Assembly: GCA_003427395.1 (NCBI GenBank)
Contig: BFEA01000038.1
Coordinates: forward strand, 1,281,792 to 1,345,791
Direction of reading: 5' to 3'
DNA length: 64,000 bases
Source: Chara braunii
Taxonomy: Eukaryota > Plantae > Charophyceae
Below are positions 1-11,172 of the stretch, one piece after another (within the stretch, counting starts at the first letter, position 1; every line of letters starts with the position of its first letter). The notes beneath the pieces were generated by a model. The model was not told where the DNA came from and searched no databases. It worked only from the letters and a program-made list of their open reading frames with translations. The translations under genes and the position numbers were made by a program.

Positions 1-321
1 AAGTTTGTAAAATTCTCTACCCTGATCCGGCTTCTTACGGAAAGAAAGTAGAACTACCTACATGTTGTGATCCATTCCAGGCCACGGACTTTATGNAAAA
101 ATGTTAACCCCCGTTAAGACACAGTTTAAGTTTTCCGGCATTAGAATCAAGAATATCCTTGACCTAGGCTGATGAGGAAAACCATCATTCCTAATGCATG
201 TGTACAACCTCTCCTGTAGAAAAAAACGCCTATATGCGTCAAACAGATTTTCAGACTCACAAAGAGTTTGAATAATTTGTTCATTCTCCTCTATATAGGC
301 AGGACATGGAGAAGGGATTTT

Positions 322-800
322 TCATCTGTGCAACCATTTATCGGGTGCAGCATTAAAGTCGCCTGCTATGATGATTGAAACACCATCAGGGATATGGTTC
401 CTAATGTTATGAAAACATTCTCTTCGTTCCTGTAATACATTAGGACCATAAATATTAAGAACACAAATTATTTCTAATTCTAACATTACTAACGTGACCA
501 GCCATTGACCCTGCCCCTGATCGGCTTTACAATACACTATTTCTTTTCTGGAATCCGGTGACACCCAGATAGCAACCCCTGCCGATCCGTTGGTTGTGGA
601 ATAGGCTTGATATTTCTGATAGGTCCAAGCTAGATTATGCGCTCTATTGTGTTTCGGAGAATTCGTGAGGTGTGTCTCCTGGATACAAATCAGATCAGAC
701 CAACACCTTCCCCCTACTACTCTTAATTGTTTCATAATGACCTTACGTTTCATAGCATCTGTTGTCATAAGTCCATTTGCATTGAGGGACCTTAGATCCA
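322..800 (-). pseudogene. LINE ORF2 apurinic-like endonuclease (EEP/APE) domain
   Basis: Motifs SLNANGL, DLICIQETHL, SAGVAIW, VLNIYGP and IIAGDFNA occur in the expected order; premature stop at 322. Confidence 0.9.
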
Positions 801-869
801 AGTCAAAAGTTTGAGTAGCATGCGACCAAACCGGATTTTTACTATACAGCGCCTGCAGTGCGTCCATCC

Positions 870-3800
870 TCAGTCCCGAGAACCCTACTACCTACACCTT
901 TTAGGCCCTATAACCTTACCCAGTTTCCTTCTTCCAGACTTGAAGATGTTGTCAGTACCCCACTGCGTAAGATAGAGCAAAGGAAAGTTGAGACCTCGCT
1001 AATTGACCAAACCGCATTAGCCTTAATTTTCAGATGCTGGAGATCCAGCAATGCTGCATGTGAGAACCATTTAAGACCCAATACCTTGTTGTCCTCAAAC
1101 CTTACAAAAGTATCTCGTCTGGACATCTTGGCTTGGTTTCCGATTTCTGTGATAGTAGCTTGAGGTCCTGGGTCAAAATGTTTGGACAGGAAGTCATGCA
1201 GATCTCTCTTGAAGGTCCTGTCATTAGAGCTCTGGTAATCCACATATGTGGTCCAGCCTCTTAATGTGACCCCCCCATATTGGTCCTAGCCAATCGGAGA
1301 AAGGCCAATTTCCCATTTCCCACCCTTCTTCCTGACTGGGATTACCAAATTCCCTCGAGATGACTGCGACCTGATGCCTTGTCCTTTTTCCAAAACATGT
1401 ATTAATTTCTGTCTCTTACCCAGATCCTGTGTCATCTTACCATCTTTTTGTTCCTCCTGGGTAAGGGATGTCAATGAGGTAGCTGATGTTTTTTTCTCTT
1501 TGTTGATTTCCTCAGCTTCATCAACTTCATCAACTTCCTTTTCCTGCTTCTCTTGAGCAGAGAAACTTTGTTGCACCACTCCTACCTCTTCTACCCTCAC
1601 CCTTCCAAAGTCATTCCACCAGATTCCAGGGCAGACTCAGGGGCGACCGAGGGAACGACACCAGGACCTTTCCCTTTTTCCACCAATACTGTACATTATT
1701 GGTCATTGGTATCCCCTTCTCCTAGTGGGGAGGGCGGGTGAAACAGACCCAATACAATATTCAGAATACGCATACTAACCATAGACCATAGCACCCCTTC
1801 AGGGAGACCCTGCTGTAATACTATTTTCAGACTGTGACTGCTAGTTAACAAATTAACCAGCTGGACATATGAAGTATCCCAAAACTCAACAGTAGCTTCC
1901 CCAAATTTCTTTTTCAACTTCTTCAATATCCACTCAGCTAACTGTTTTATTCTTTGATCCTCTGAGATGTCAGGCTCTGTTTGAGGGAATGCATCCTCCA
2001 TTTCAGAATCATCTGGGGAGGGATCCACATCCATTGGTTCTGGACCAAAAGCCTTTTGGAGTGGACCAGAGGTTGATTCCTCTATTCCTTTATCCCTTAA
2101 TTATATACCTTCCTTCACCAATCTTTGTGTCTCCTCCATGTGCCCCCCATTCATCTCCTGCGAAGGCGGAGATGCATCAGACTGTACTTCCATCATGATG
2201 AAATCCTTTTCCCCAGAGGAATCAGATTCTTTATTTGGGCTGGTAGGTTGTTTTATTCTCCTTTTTTTTTCCTTTCTTTTTTAACTGAACCAGCCCCTCA
2301 CCTGAACCCCTTTCTCCACTGCCTCCACTTCCTCAACCTCTGAGTTTGATTCCTCCCTTGTGGATGGTACTGCATTAACCTCCTTTCCATCCGGCTGCAA
2401 ATAATCAGCTGGTTGTGGACCCGGAAGTGTTCCCCCTTTTTTGTGACTGACCGGTATCCACTGTTGATGGCTCATTTGCCCCTTATGTTTATCTCCATGC
2501 CCTGTAACTTTTTTCTCAAGAGACGTAGAGACATGTGCATTATGTGCATTATCTTGTTGTATTGTTTGTGCGGGTTGAAATGTCTGTGTCAACTGCCCCA
2601 CCGGCATGGAAATCTTACCAAATACTTTCGGAGGTACCCAAGAGTTAGGGGGTTTGGTGTCCCAATTAGGGTCCCCCTTACGTTCCTATGTCCACCCCTT
2701 TGGTTCCTCCCCTTTTTTGAAATTCTCCACATAAACCCATCCCTCATGTCCCGCATCCACCGTTCTCCATAGATTGACTTTAAAGGGATCCCGAATGAGT
2801 CTACCTGTTGCTCGATTCTTTCTTCCCAGATTTTGGGCACAATTAGGATCCGTGCTCAAGTGACCATAGGCTCGACACTGAAAACACCATGGTCTCAATT
2901 TATGAGCCGTATGAATTTTGTACTCTCTACCCCCAACCCTATATGGAATGACATCATCCAAATTGAAGGGTACATTGGTTGGATGATTGAGAGCTAACAT
3001 CAGATGATCATCCATTTTGGCCGTATACGCAGGTAGAGGGTTTATAAAATCCACTATATCATGATTGGCCCCGAAATCATGAATAAACCCGCTTGGATTT
3101 CTATTGGGATGTGCCTAAATTCTACCCAATAAAAATCCTCTATCATCTGGTTCCTCTTATCGTCCGGTCCTTTTTTAGGCGGAGACCAAGGGTATATCCG
3201 GACCTCTGATTTATCACCCCTTAACTTTTTCCATGCCTCAATCATCTTTTTATCTGTCGTATGTAGGCATAAAATTGTGAACATGGTAGCTGAAACTGAC
3301 AAGATCAGAAAATCTTCACAAACTACCTCATAGCTACCCTTAAATGTTGTTAATCTCTTGCAGATCCACTTAAAATCTTATCATTAGTAGATTTATAGGC
3401 ATCATCATCATGAAAGACCCAGTTATTCGCGTGTGCTGTATAAACTGCATCTCTTTCCGCCAATTTCTGGGCTGGGTAAAATTTTATCATAGTTTTTTTC
3501 CCTGCTAAATCAATCACCTTATTCTCATAAGGCATAAAGAATTTTGACAAAAAAAACGCCTTAGCCGAAGTCAAGTTCCTCATGGGTATTTTCAATGCCT
3601 GCGCCTGATCTCCCTGCCTTGGCACTTCCAATTCTTTGGATTAGAAAGTCCCTTTTAGACATTGTAACCAAGACAAAGGGGTCGTTACAGGTTGATCCGA
3701 CTGCCCCTCCTTGGTTGGATTCATTCGGGGTAAAGGAGGTCACTGCTGACTCTGACCAGATAGGTGCATTAATGATTCAGACTTTGTCTTCTCCTGCCTG

Positions 3801-4495
3801 ACCCTCCCCCCTTCTGTACTTCCACTTCTCCCCTCCATACCTCCTTCCTCCCTTCCTTCTCCTCCAGTCTCTCTCCCTTTGTCCTCCCCTTTTTCTTTCC
3901 ATCCTCCTTTTTCACCATCCTTCCCAGCTTCCTTCCTCACCGCCCTTCCCCTTCTTATTCCCTCCTCCCTTCTTCCCCACAACCCTTGTGGTATCCTCTG
4001 AAGAGGCCCGGTGAAAATCACCACTCCTCCTTTACTACCGTTCTAATTACGTTCCAGTAATTGTCCCTGCCCTCCTGCCTTGAAAGTGTTATGATGCCTC
4101 TTTATCAGTGTTTCCCCAGTTGCTTTCAACACTGATGAAACATCTCTCTCCTCATTTTGGCGAAATAAAGGATTAATCGTCATCACTCCCTCATTTATAT
4201 TGTCGGGATCATGAGGGAGAGACGGATTACTGATTGTAGAAATGGCTTGAACACTCCCTGGCTCAAAATTGTCCTTGCATTCCTTTCTTTTCTGTGAGGT
4301 AAGTACCTCTTCTTCTAATGGTGACGAAATATCCATTTCTTTAGACTGACATTTTTCTTGTTTTTGACGAGCCGCCAACACCATTTTGACAGGGGTAAGA
4401 AGTTGCTGCATTAAAACTTGGCGCATAGCCCCTCGAAACATTAGTGTAGAATCAACCATCCTGTGACTACGCTGGCGGTGCACAATTCTCGCCAT
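870..4495 (-). pseudogene. LINE ORF1 remnant with zinc knuckle
   Basis: Chain of same-strand ORF fragments (4043-4495, 3350-3631, 3054-3302, 2686-3054, 2281-2607, 1696-2034, 908-1243). The knuckle-like motif CFQCRAYGHLSTDPNC is in 2686-3054. Confidence 0.65.
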
Positions 4496-4946
4496 TGTGA
4501 ATAGATCAGAATATCACACTAACCAATCAGCTTTTACCCCCCAAAAAAATTAATAATAATAATATTATCTTCTTCCTTGAGGTAGTTAATTATTAATTAA
4601 ATATTGATTCCTTTTTCGCAACTCTTTCCCAAAGGACTGGCTGTGCAATGCATAGAGGGTCTGGGGTAAGGATTGGCTCAGTCGGGAATATGGGAGGAAG
4701 AAACAACGTCACCAGCAACAAACTTATCACACGTCGCCTTACTCCTTACTTTTGATGTCGCTCTCTCCGTTCCTTATGAGTATGCTTCTCTCCCAGCCAC
4801 TCTTCCTCTCACACCCTCGTCTGAATACTTTGTCCTCGAAGTCACATTTGTCAATTCCTTATTCGCATTCAGCAGGCGTTCATTCAAATTTCCCCCACTG
4901 TTGTCCTGAATGAACACCTGCCCTTCACCAGCTGATCGTGCGAAGG

Positions 4947-5840
4947 CGCACACCGTAATACACTCGTACTGCCGACGATATCCTACTCACCACCAGCGGG
5001 TGCAATCGGCCAGCCCTCAATGATCACCTGCGCAAAGGTATGCACCTTAATGCTTCTCCCTTCTTTCGACTATTCACCTTCCACTGCCCGATCGCGCACA
5101 CCGTAATACACTCGTAATGCCGACAAAATCCTACACGCCACCAGCGGGCGCAATCGGTCAGCCTTCAATGATCACATGCGCAAAGGCACGCTCCTTAATG
5201 CTTCTCCCTTCTTTCGACTATTTACCTTCCACTGCCTGATCACCCAATCTCCGTCAGCGAGCACACCCGTAATACTTGTCAACATACACTCGCACCACCG
5301 ACGACAACCAACTCACCACCATCAGGCGCAATCGATGCGCACCTTAATGCTTCTTTCTGCTTTCACCTATTCGTCTTTCACTGCTTCTCCCTTCTTTCGA
5401 CTATTCACCTTCCACTGCCCGATCGCCCACTCTCCACCAATAGGCACACACGTAGTACTTCTCAACATACACTCGCACCACCGACGAAAGCCCACCACCA
5501 CCGGCGGGCGCAGTCGTTGGAGCCAGACACCAATGCCCACCCTTTCTACAATGAGAGATCAGTCTATTGATGTTTCCCGGCTATCGTATCTCAAAGTCTA
5601 CCTACACATTTTGCTTTTCGTGACCCTCTCAAAGCTTTCCCCAGCATTAACCCCCCTTCTTGATACAAAACCCACGCGAAGAGGCAAACAAGACATGCAT
5701 AAACATTTCTTACACTCTACCTAAGCATTCTGGTTTTCGTGAACCGCGCAAAGCTTTCCCCAGCATTAACCCTCCTTCTTGGGACAAACACTGCGTGAAG
5801 AGGCAGACAAGACATGCCTAAACATTTCTTACACTGTCAC
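4947..5840. repeat. Compound tandem repeat (about 147-bp, 180-bp and 120-bp units, two copies each) upstream of LINE ORF1
   Basis: gcgcacaccgtaatacactcgta occurs near 4946 and 5094; cttctcccttctttcgactatt occurs three times; caaagctttcccagcattaacc occurs near 5630 and 5750. Confidence 0.8.
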
Positions 5841-6699
5841 CCAAATCTAGTCGCCTTAATACTGTTTTTGTTACTCAATACTCATACATCCACGATGCCA
5901 ATCATCCTCAAATTTTCTTGCATTGATAACATTCTACTCACAATGTCAATCATTTCTAAAATACTTTCTGAAAAATAGTTATGCAACTTAAAAAATTACC
6001 ACGCTACTCACCCGATAGATAGTCCTTCCGATTCCGCCCTTCCTGGAGAATTAGGAACTGTGTAGATATTACACTCCTTCCCTCTTGCCCAACGGCTCCT
6101 CTCACTCCAAACAAGGATAGAGAGTGCAACCTGAACATCCCGTACCTGACGAGGCTGGCCAGAATGAACAGTGCATATCGAATCAGATGTTTCTCTTCCA
6201 GACGCGGAGTCGAATAGAACTGATTAGCATCTTGTGATGCCACGTGTCTTGATGTTCTCATGCCCTGCCACGTGTCCGTCCATCCCTATCTACGTCCGAC
6301 CAATTTACTATTAAATAGACAATAAGTATACATAATGAGAATATTTATATAATAAAAATAGGAATAGAGTCTATAAAGAAGAATATATATTCTAAATCTC
6401 GTCTGTTTTGTTCTCCTTTGTTCTTATTTGAATGTCAATAGAGTACAACCAATCTTCCTCGATATGGCCAACGGGCATGGCTGTGTGGGTGCTGGAAGCT
6501 ATGCTGGCCACTAGTGTGTTGGCTGTTCATGCGCTGGCTGCCCGCATGATGGCTGCTCATGCGCTAGCTACTAGCGTGTTGGCTGTCGTGTGCTAGTTGC
6601 TTGAGCGTTGACTACTTGCATGCTGACGCTGCCTGCTCGTGTGCTGTTTGCTCGTGCATGGCAACCACATCAGAGCTAATCAACATCCAATCATCATAC

Positions 6700-7740
6700 T
6701 GCGAGGAACGAGCCCTCAAGTAGAGGCCTTGCCATGATGTACATGTTCTGGGCTAAAGCCCCAGCAAGCCTCGTGCCCGCCCTAAGTGAAGGCGGGCCAG
6801 GAGATCAATAAGAGCCCTCTGTGCCAACATTTCACGAAGTGGGGTCCATACAGTTGCAGCACGCCAGTTGGTTGGAGTGCACCGAGTCTCGGACTTCAGC
6901 AAATGCTGAAAGCCCAGGGCCTCTGAGTTAGTTAGGCCCTGGGCACTCGAATGTGAGGCCGACAATGCATGTTGGGTATAGAGGCCGAAAATGCCAAAGG
7001 GAAATCGGCCCACTATCTGAATCTAGCCGCAGGCCTTGATGAAGGAGGCGCAACTGCATTGCCCCGGGGCCCAACTGTATCGGGCTGGGTTCAGCCTCTG
7101 GGCCCCGGTCACAGGCTGAAGGGAGGCCGCCCACACGCTGCACTGATATATAGGCAAGCAGGGCGAGTGGGCAGGCATCTTGGCCATTGCGAGCAAGGTC
7201 GGCACGCTGCTGCGTTGCATGCATGCTGCGTTGCGCTAAGGCTGAGGGACGCAGGCTAGCGCTAGGCGGTAGGGCGCTGCCTGCATACAGGGCGCTTGGT
7301 GGCCATAGCCGGGCTGCAGAGGGCGCAGAGGGGTGAAGGGCGAAGGTGGTTCTTTGGAGGTGAAGGACGCTGTGTGGGTAACAGGGAAGAGTGTGGGTGG
7401 AGAGGACACGTACCTGGTGGAGGTGGAGGTCGGCATTGGTGTTGACATCATCACTCGCTGGTAGTCAAGTTGTCTGGTTGCTTTCATTGCTGTAGTTGTA
7501 GGATAGGCTGTAGAGTAGATAGGGCGCCTGGCGCCATTCACAAGAGAGAGCTACATTTGGGTTATGCTGTTGGTGTTGCCCTGTTGGGCATGGACATTGA
7601 CTCATGATTCTTTTGTATCATTCTCAATTGGATGGTTACTCGGTTCCATTGTGCTATCTGCTTTGTCCTTGACTACTTGGATTTCAGTGTGATTTTGCAT
7701 TCTGGATTTCTGTGCTTCGTCCATATTCATGTTCCTTGCA
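6700..7740 (+). repeat. 5' LTR (1041 bp)
   Basis: tgcgaggaac...gttccttgca; direct repeat of 17094-18135. Confidence 0.96.
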
Positions 7741-7743
7741 ATT

Positions 7744-7755
7744 TGGTATCAGAGC
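7744..7755 (+). promoter_or_regulatory. Primer binding site, tRNA-iMet
   Basis: TGGTATCAGAGC, 3 nt after the LTR end. Confidence 0.95.
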
Positions 7756-8996
7756 TGGTTTGATCGCCACTTACCTTTGGCACGCTGGCGTTATACAGAC
7801 TTGGTGCGTTGACGATGCTTCTTCGCAGTGGGTACTTGTGACGTCAGGCCACTATAGGTGCACGCCCTAGGTAGAGAGGGGTGCACCGGAAGGCTAAGAC
7901 GACAGTGTATGCCGTGGATACATGCGGAATTTATGATTGGTGATGAGAGCGTGCTGATGTTGCATTCGGTTGAGGTGGCACCGCATTGTGTCGAGACCGG
8001 TCATCAAATGCACATTCAGCTCAATTGGTGAGAAATATGTGGTTGGGGGCAACTATCTCCAGGTACGTTGTTCCCCTACCTTATCTACTCTCTAAATCTC
8101 TTCTTACCGTGAGGAAGTGAGTCCAACTTGAGAGTCCTCTCCTTGGTGAAGTGTCGTGAGCGCGCTACCTTGAGAGACAACAATCTTCCTGGAAGCATCT
8201 GGAAGGAGAAAGGGCGGTGCCTCTGAAGGGCCCTGGTCGAAGTATTGGGTCACGGTCGCCATGCCAACCCAATGGGAGTAGGTCACGCATGCGATGGCTG
8301 TTGTCCATTAAGGCACTTTGCTGCGCCAAATAGAAGTCCTGCCAAGTGTGCCATCCTTGTATGGGACGCTTACCAAACCGTACTCGGAATGATTCTGGTT
8401 GTGATCCTCGTCCTGACTGCGACGTTAAAGAATTCCTGAAGAGATGGGGGCGCTCTTAATAATCCTCCTGATCAGCCAGATCATCCGGGTGTAAGACTCG
8501 ATTCCGTACGAGGGTAAATAAGAGTGGGCTGGCTGGCTTACCTGGCTCTGACTTGGGCACAAGGGTGGGCCGATACACACACGAAGATACTGCTTGCTCA
8601 ATGATGCTGTTCGGTATGTTGGATGGAGGGGAGTTTAGGTTCCAATTGGTGCTCAACTAAATACACAACTATACCCACTCATCATACATTTGCTACATTG
8701 TCTTTTTGTACCTTTGATTAGTTGGTTGATGGACTGCTAACCTCACAGACAGATTAGTGTAGGACTGTTGTATGCTACCATAGCCAGTTCTAACTAATGT
8801 TGCTGTAAGTGAACCAATCAAGGTGCATCTAGACGATGTAGACAATCTGTGTGAATGTTGTAGACATGCCACTTGATTCGGTATAGTAGGGAACTTGCCG
8901 GACACAACTATTTATAGAAAATTACATGTCTATCAGATACATGTTGCGGTAGGATTCCAGTAGGGGATTCTAGTGTAGACACTATCTGTCTAACTA

Positions 8997-10856
8997 ATGA
9001 GTGGGTCAGACCCTGTTGATGATAAAGTTGACGGTAGGAGACTAACACGTGCACAGGCACTAAGGGTACCGCACGTGTTCCAGGCCTTGGAGCCGGGAGA
9101 AGAACGACGGATACGTAGAGCCCGTGCTCTAGCAGCAGGAATACAGGAAGCAAACAGAGCAGCAAGAGAGCAGGCAACAACAGCCAGAGCAGTTGCGATG
9201 GTTAACGGCGCAAGCGCTGCTGCGTCATCATCTGCGTCCTCGTCAGGGACTAATGGGAGCCAGTTGGAAATGCCAACGAGTTCCACAAGTTCCTTGGGCA
9301 CTTCCGGTTCCACAGGTTCTAGACAGTCTCCTAGTTAAATGGCGGGCGCGCAGTTCAGCCCGTTGACCCCACGTGAGAGGGAGCTCAGAGAGATCCAGCA
9401 GGTCGAGAGGCTTCGCCTTAAGTTAGAGCAGGACCTGAAAGATGCTACCGATAGAGAAAATGCGATGAAAACTAGAGCAGTCAGGCTTGAAACTTTAGAG
9501 GCTGATAAGGCTGAATTAGAGGGCTTGGATGAGTCAGCATTGACTGACCCGCTGAAAGTATTGAAGAAGAATATGTTGTCATTGCACGCACACGTGGACA
9601 ACAAATTAGATTTCATACAGAGCACTCTAGACAAGATCCTGGATGCTTTGACAAGGTCAGGATTCCGGCCACCAGCAAAATCGTCGTTGCCGTTATCGGC
9701 GATGTCAGGCCCCTTTCCAGTTCAAGCTGGTACACAACCAAGTGGTATGTCTGCAGCAGTCTCACAGACTGTTGCGTCTTCTTCTTCGGGTCTAGCAGTG
9801 ATTGCTACATCACCGCAACCTGTTCCTCCACAGGGACAGCAGTAAGAGCATTGGTACCCTAAGACCCCGATGAAACCGCCTCTTCCCTTCTCAGGGGAAA
9901 GAAAGGACGAAGAACTCAACACTTGGTTGAGAACGGTCCCGATTTGGGTGAAGGCCAAAAGAACCTTGCTAGAGGATAAAGTGGTAACTGCGGCATCTTA
10001 CCTGGAGGGTAAGGCAGCCAAATGGTTAGATGGTGTTGTTATAAAGGCCGGATATGGGAGACGCATGGCGAACTGGGCTAAGTCTCTGACGTTAGACCAA
10101 TTTATGGAAATGGTAGAAGCTCGATGGCATAACCCACAGGAGGCACAAAGGGCCACTGATGCCATTAACAAACTAGACCAACGAAAGTTCAAGTCGGTTA
10201 GAGAGCTTACGACTAACGTTGAGAGCGTGATCCTCGTCCCAGGCATTAACTACAACGACCAGTTCCTCTTGACTACGTTTGTCAGATGTCTCCTAGAGAA
10301 CATCAGGAACTTACTAGTCAGTGAGGCACGCACCGAGTACCACTCGTTTGAGACATTGTCTAGAAAAGCCTTAGACTTGGAGGCCACGCTAGGCAATGCT
10401 CAACCCACCTCAGGGAATGACTCAAAGAAGAAGAAGAGTCCTCAGGAGTGGAAGAAGAAGGGGGCGAAGTTGATGATGGTTGAGTCTGATGGGACTCAAA
10501 CTAAGATCGATGAGCTCACTGACCTGATGGACTATACAGAGTTCGACGGCGAGGAGGTAGCTGAGGGTAGCACCCTCGCCGCAGTTGTCAAGACTAAGGC
10601 GGTTGGCCGAGGGAAGGACCAACCTAGGGGTCAAGGGAAGACCGCCTCCAATCAGACCAAACAGGCTGAGTGGGTTAAGGCAGATCTTGATCAAGACGTG
10701 TGGTGTGACCGCCGAACGGGTGGCGCTTGCATCAACTGCGGGGAATACGGGCACTCGCAGTACAAGTGTCAGAACGCTAAGGTTATGCAAAAGGTTGCTC
10801 CAAAGATGGGGGCAACTTATTCCCAGGCTTCCAGCTCGGGAAACACGTGAGGCCAG
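8997..10856 (+). pseudogene. gag: gag (capsid-like domain plus CCHC zinc knuckle)
   Basis: ORFs 8997-9338, 9339-9845 and 9870-10850 share one frame and are split by single TAA stops. Motifs FSGERKDEELNTWL, ASYLEGKAAKW and CINCGEYGHSQYKC. Confidence 0.9.
10838..10844 (+). promoter_or_regulatory. Putative -1 ribosomal frameshift heptamer G GGA AAC (gag to pol)
   Basis: X XXY YYZ phased in the gag frame at the end of gag. The -1 frame stays open for about 57 codons and joins the protease frame after one apparent 1-nt deletion near 11003. Confidence 0.6.
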
Positions 10857-11172
10857 TGAAAGTATTAGCTGCTTCTACTCAAGATGAAGTAGAATTGATA
10901 CCCTTTTTACTTCATGACAAGGCCAAGGCTAATGACCCCTTAGTCACCCCGCAGACACAACTAGACCAAACTATGCTCTGTACGTTAGATGTGTCTGAAG
11001 CCTTGAAGACTTAGAGAGTGAGTGGTCAAACAAGGACCCTCCTAAGTCTTGGGTGGCGCTAAGTAGAGGTCCCAGAGGGGAACATTTTGTGGTGGAGGTC
11101 GATGTAGGAGGCCGCAAATGTGGTGCCTTCATAGACATAGGCTCCACACAGAATTACATAAGTCGCGACACC

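Larger units (their letters stand above)
1..4495 (-). mobile_element. Decayed L1-clade LINE (ORF1 plus start of ORF2); continues past the left window edge
   Basis: APE endonuclease motifs at 322-800 lie downstream of a long fragmented ORF1 with a zinc knuckle. Many stops and frameshifts. The 5' boundary is approximate. Confidence 0.85.

Noticed and set aside
7236-7541. Antisense ORF repeated at 17637-17936
   Set aside because: The repetition only reflects LTR duplication; low-complexity sequence with no domain.
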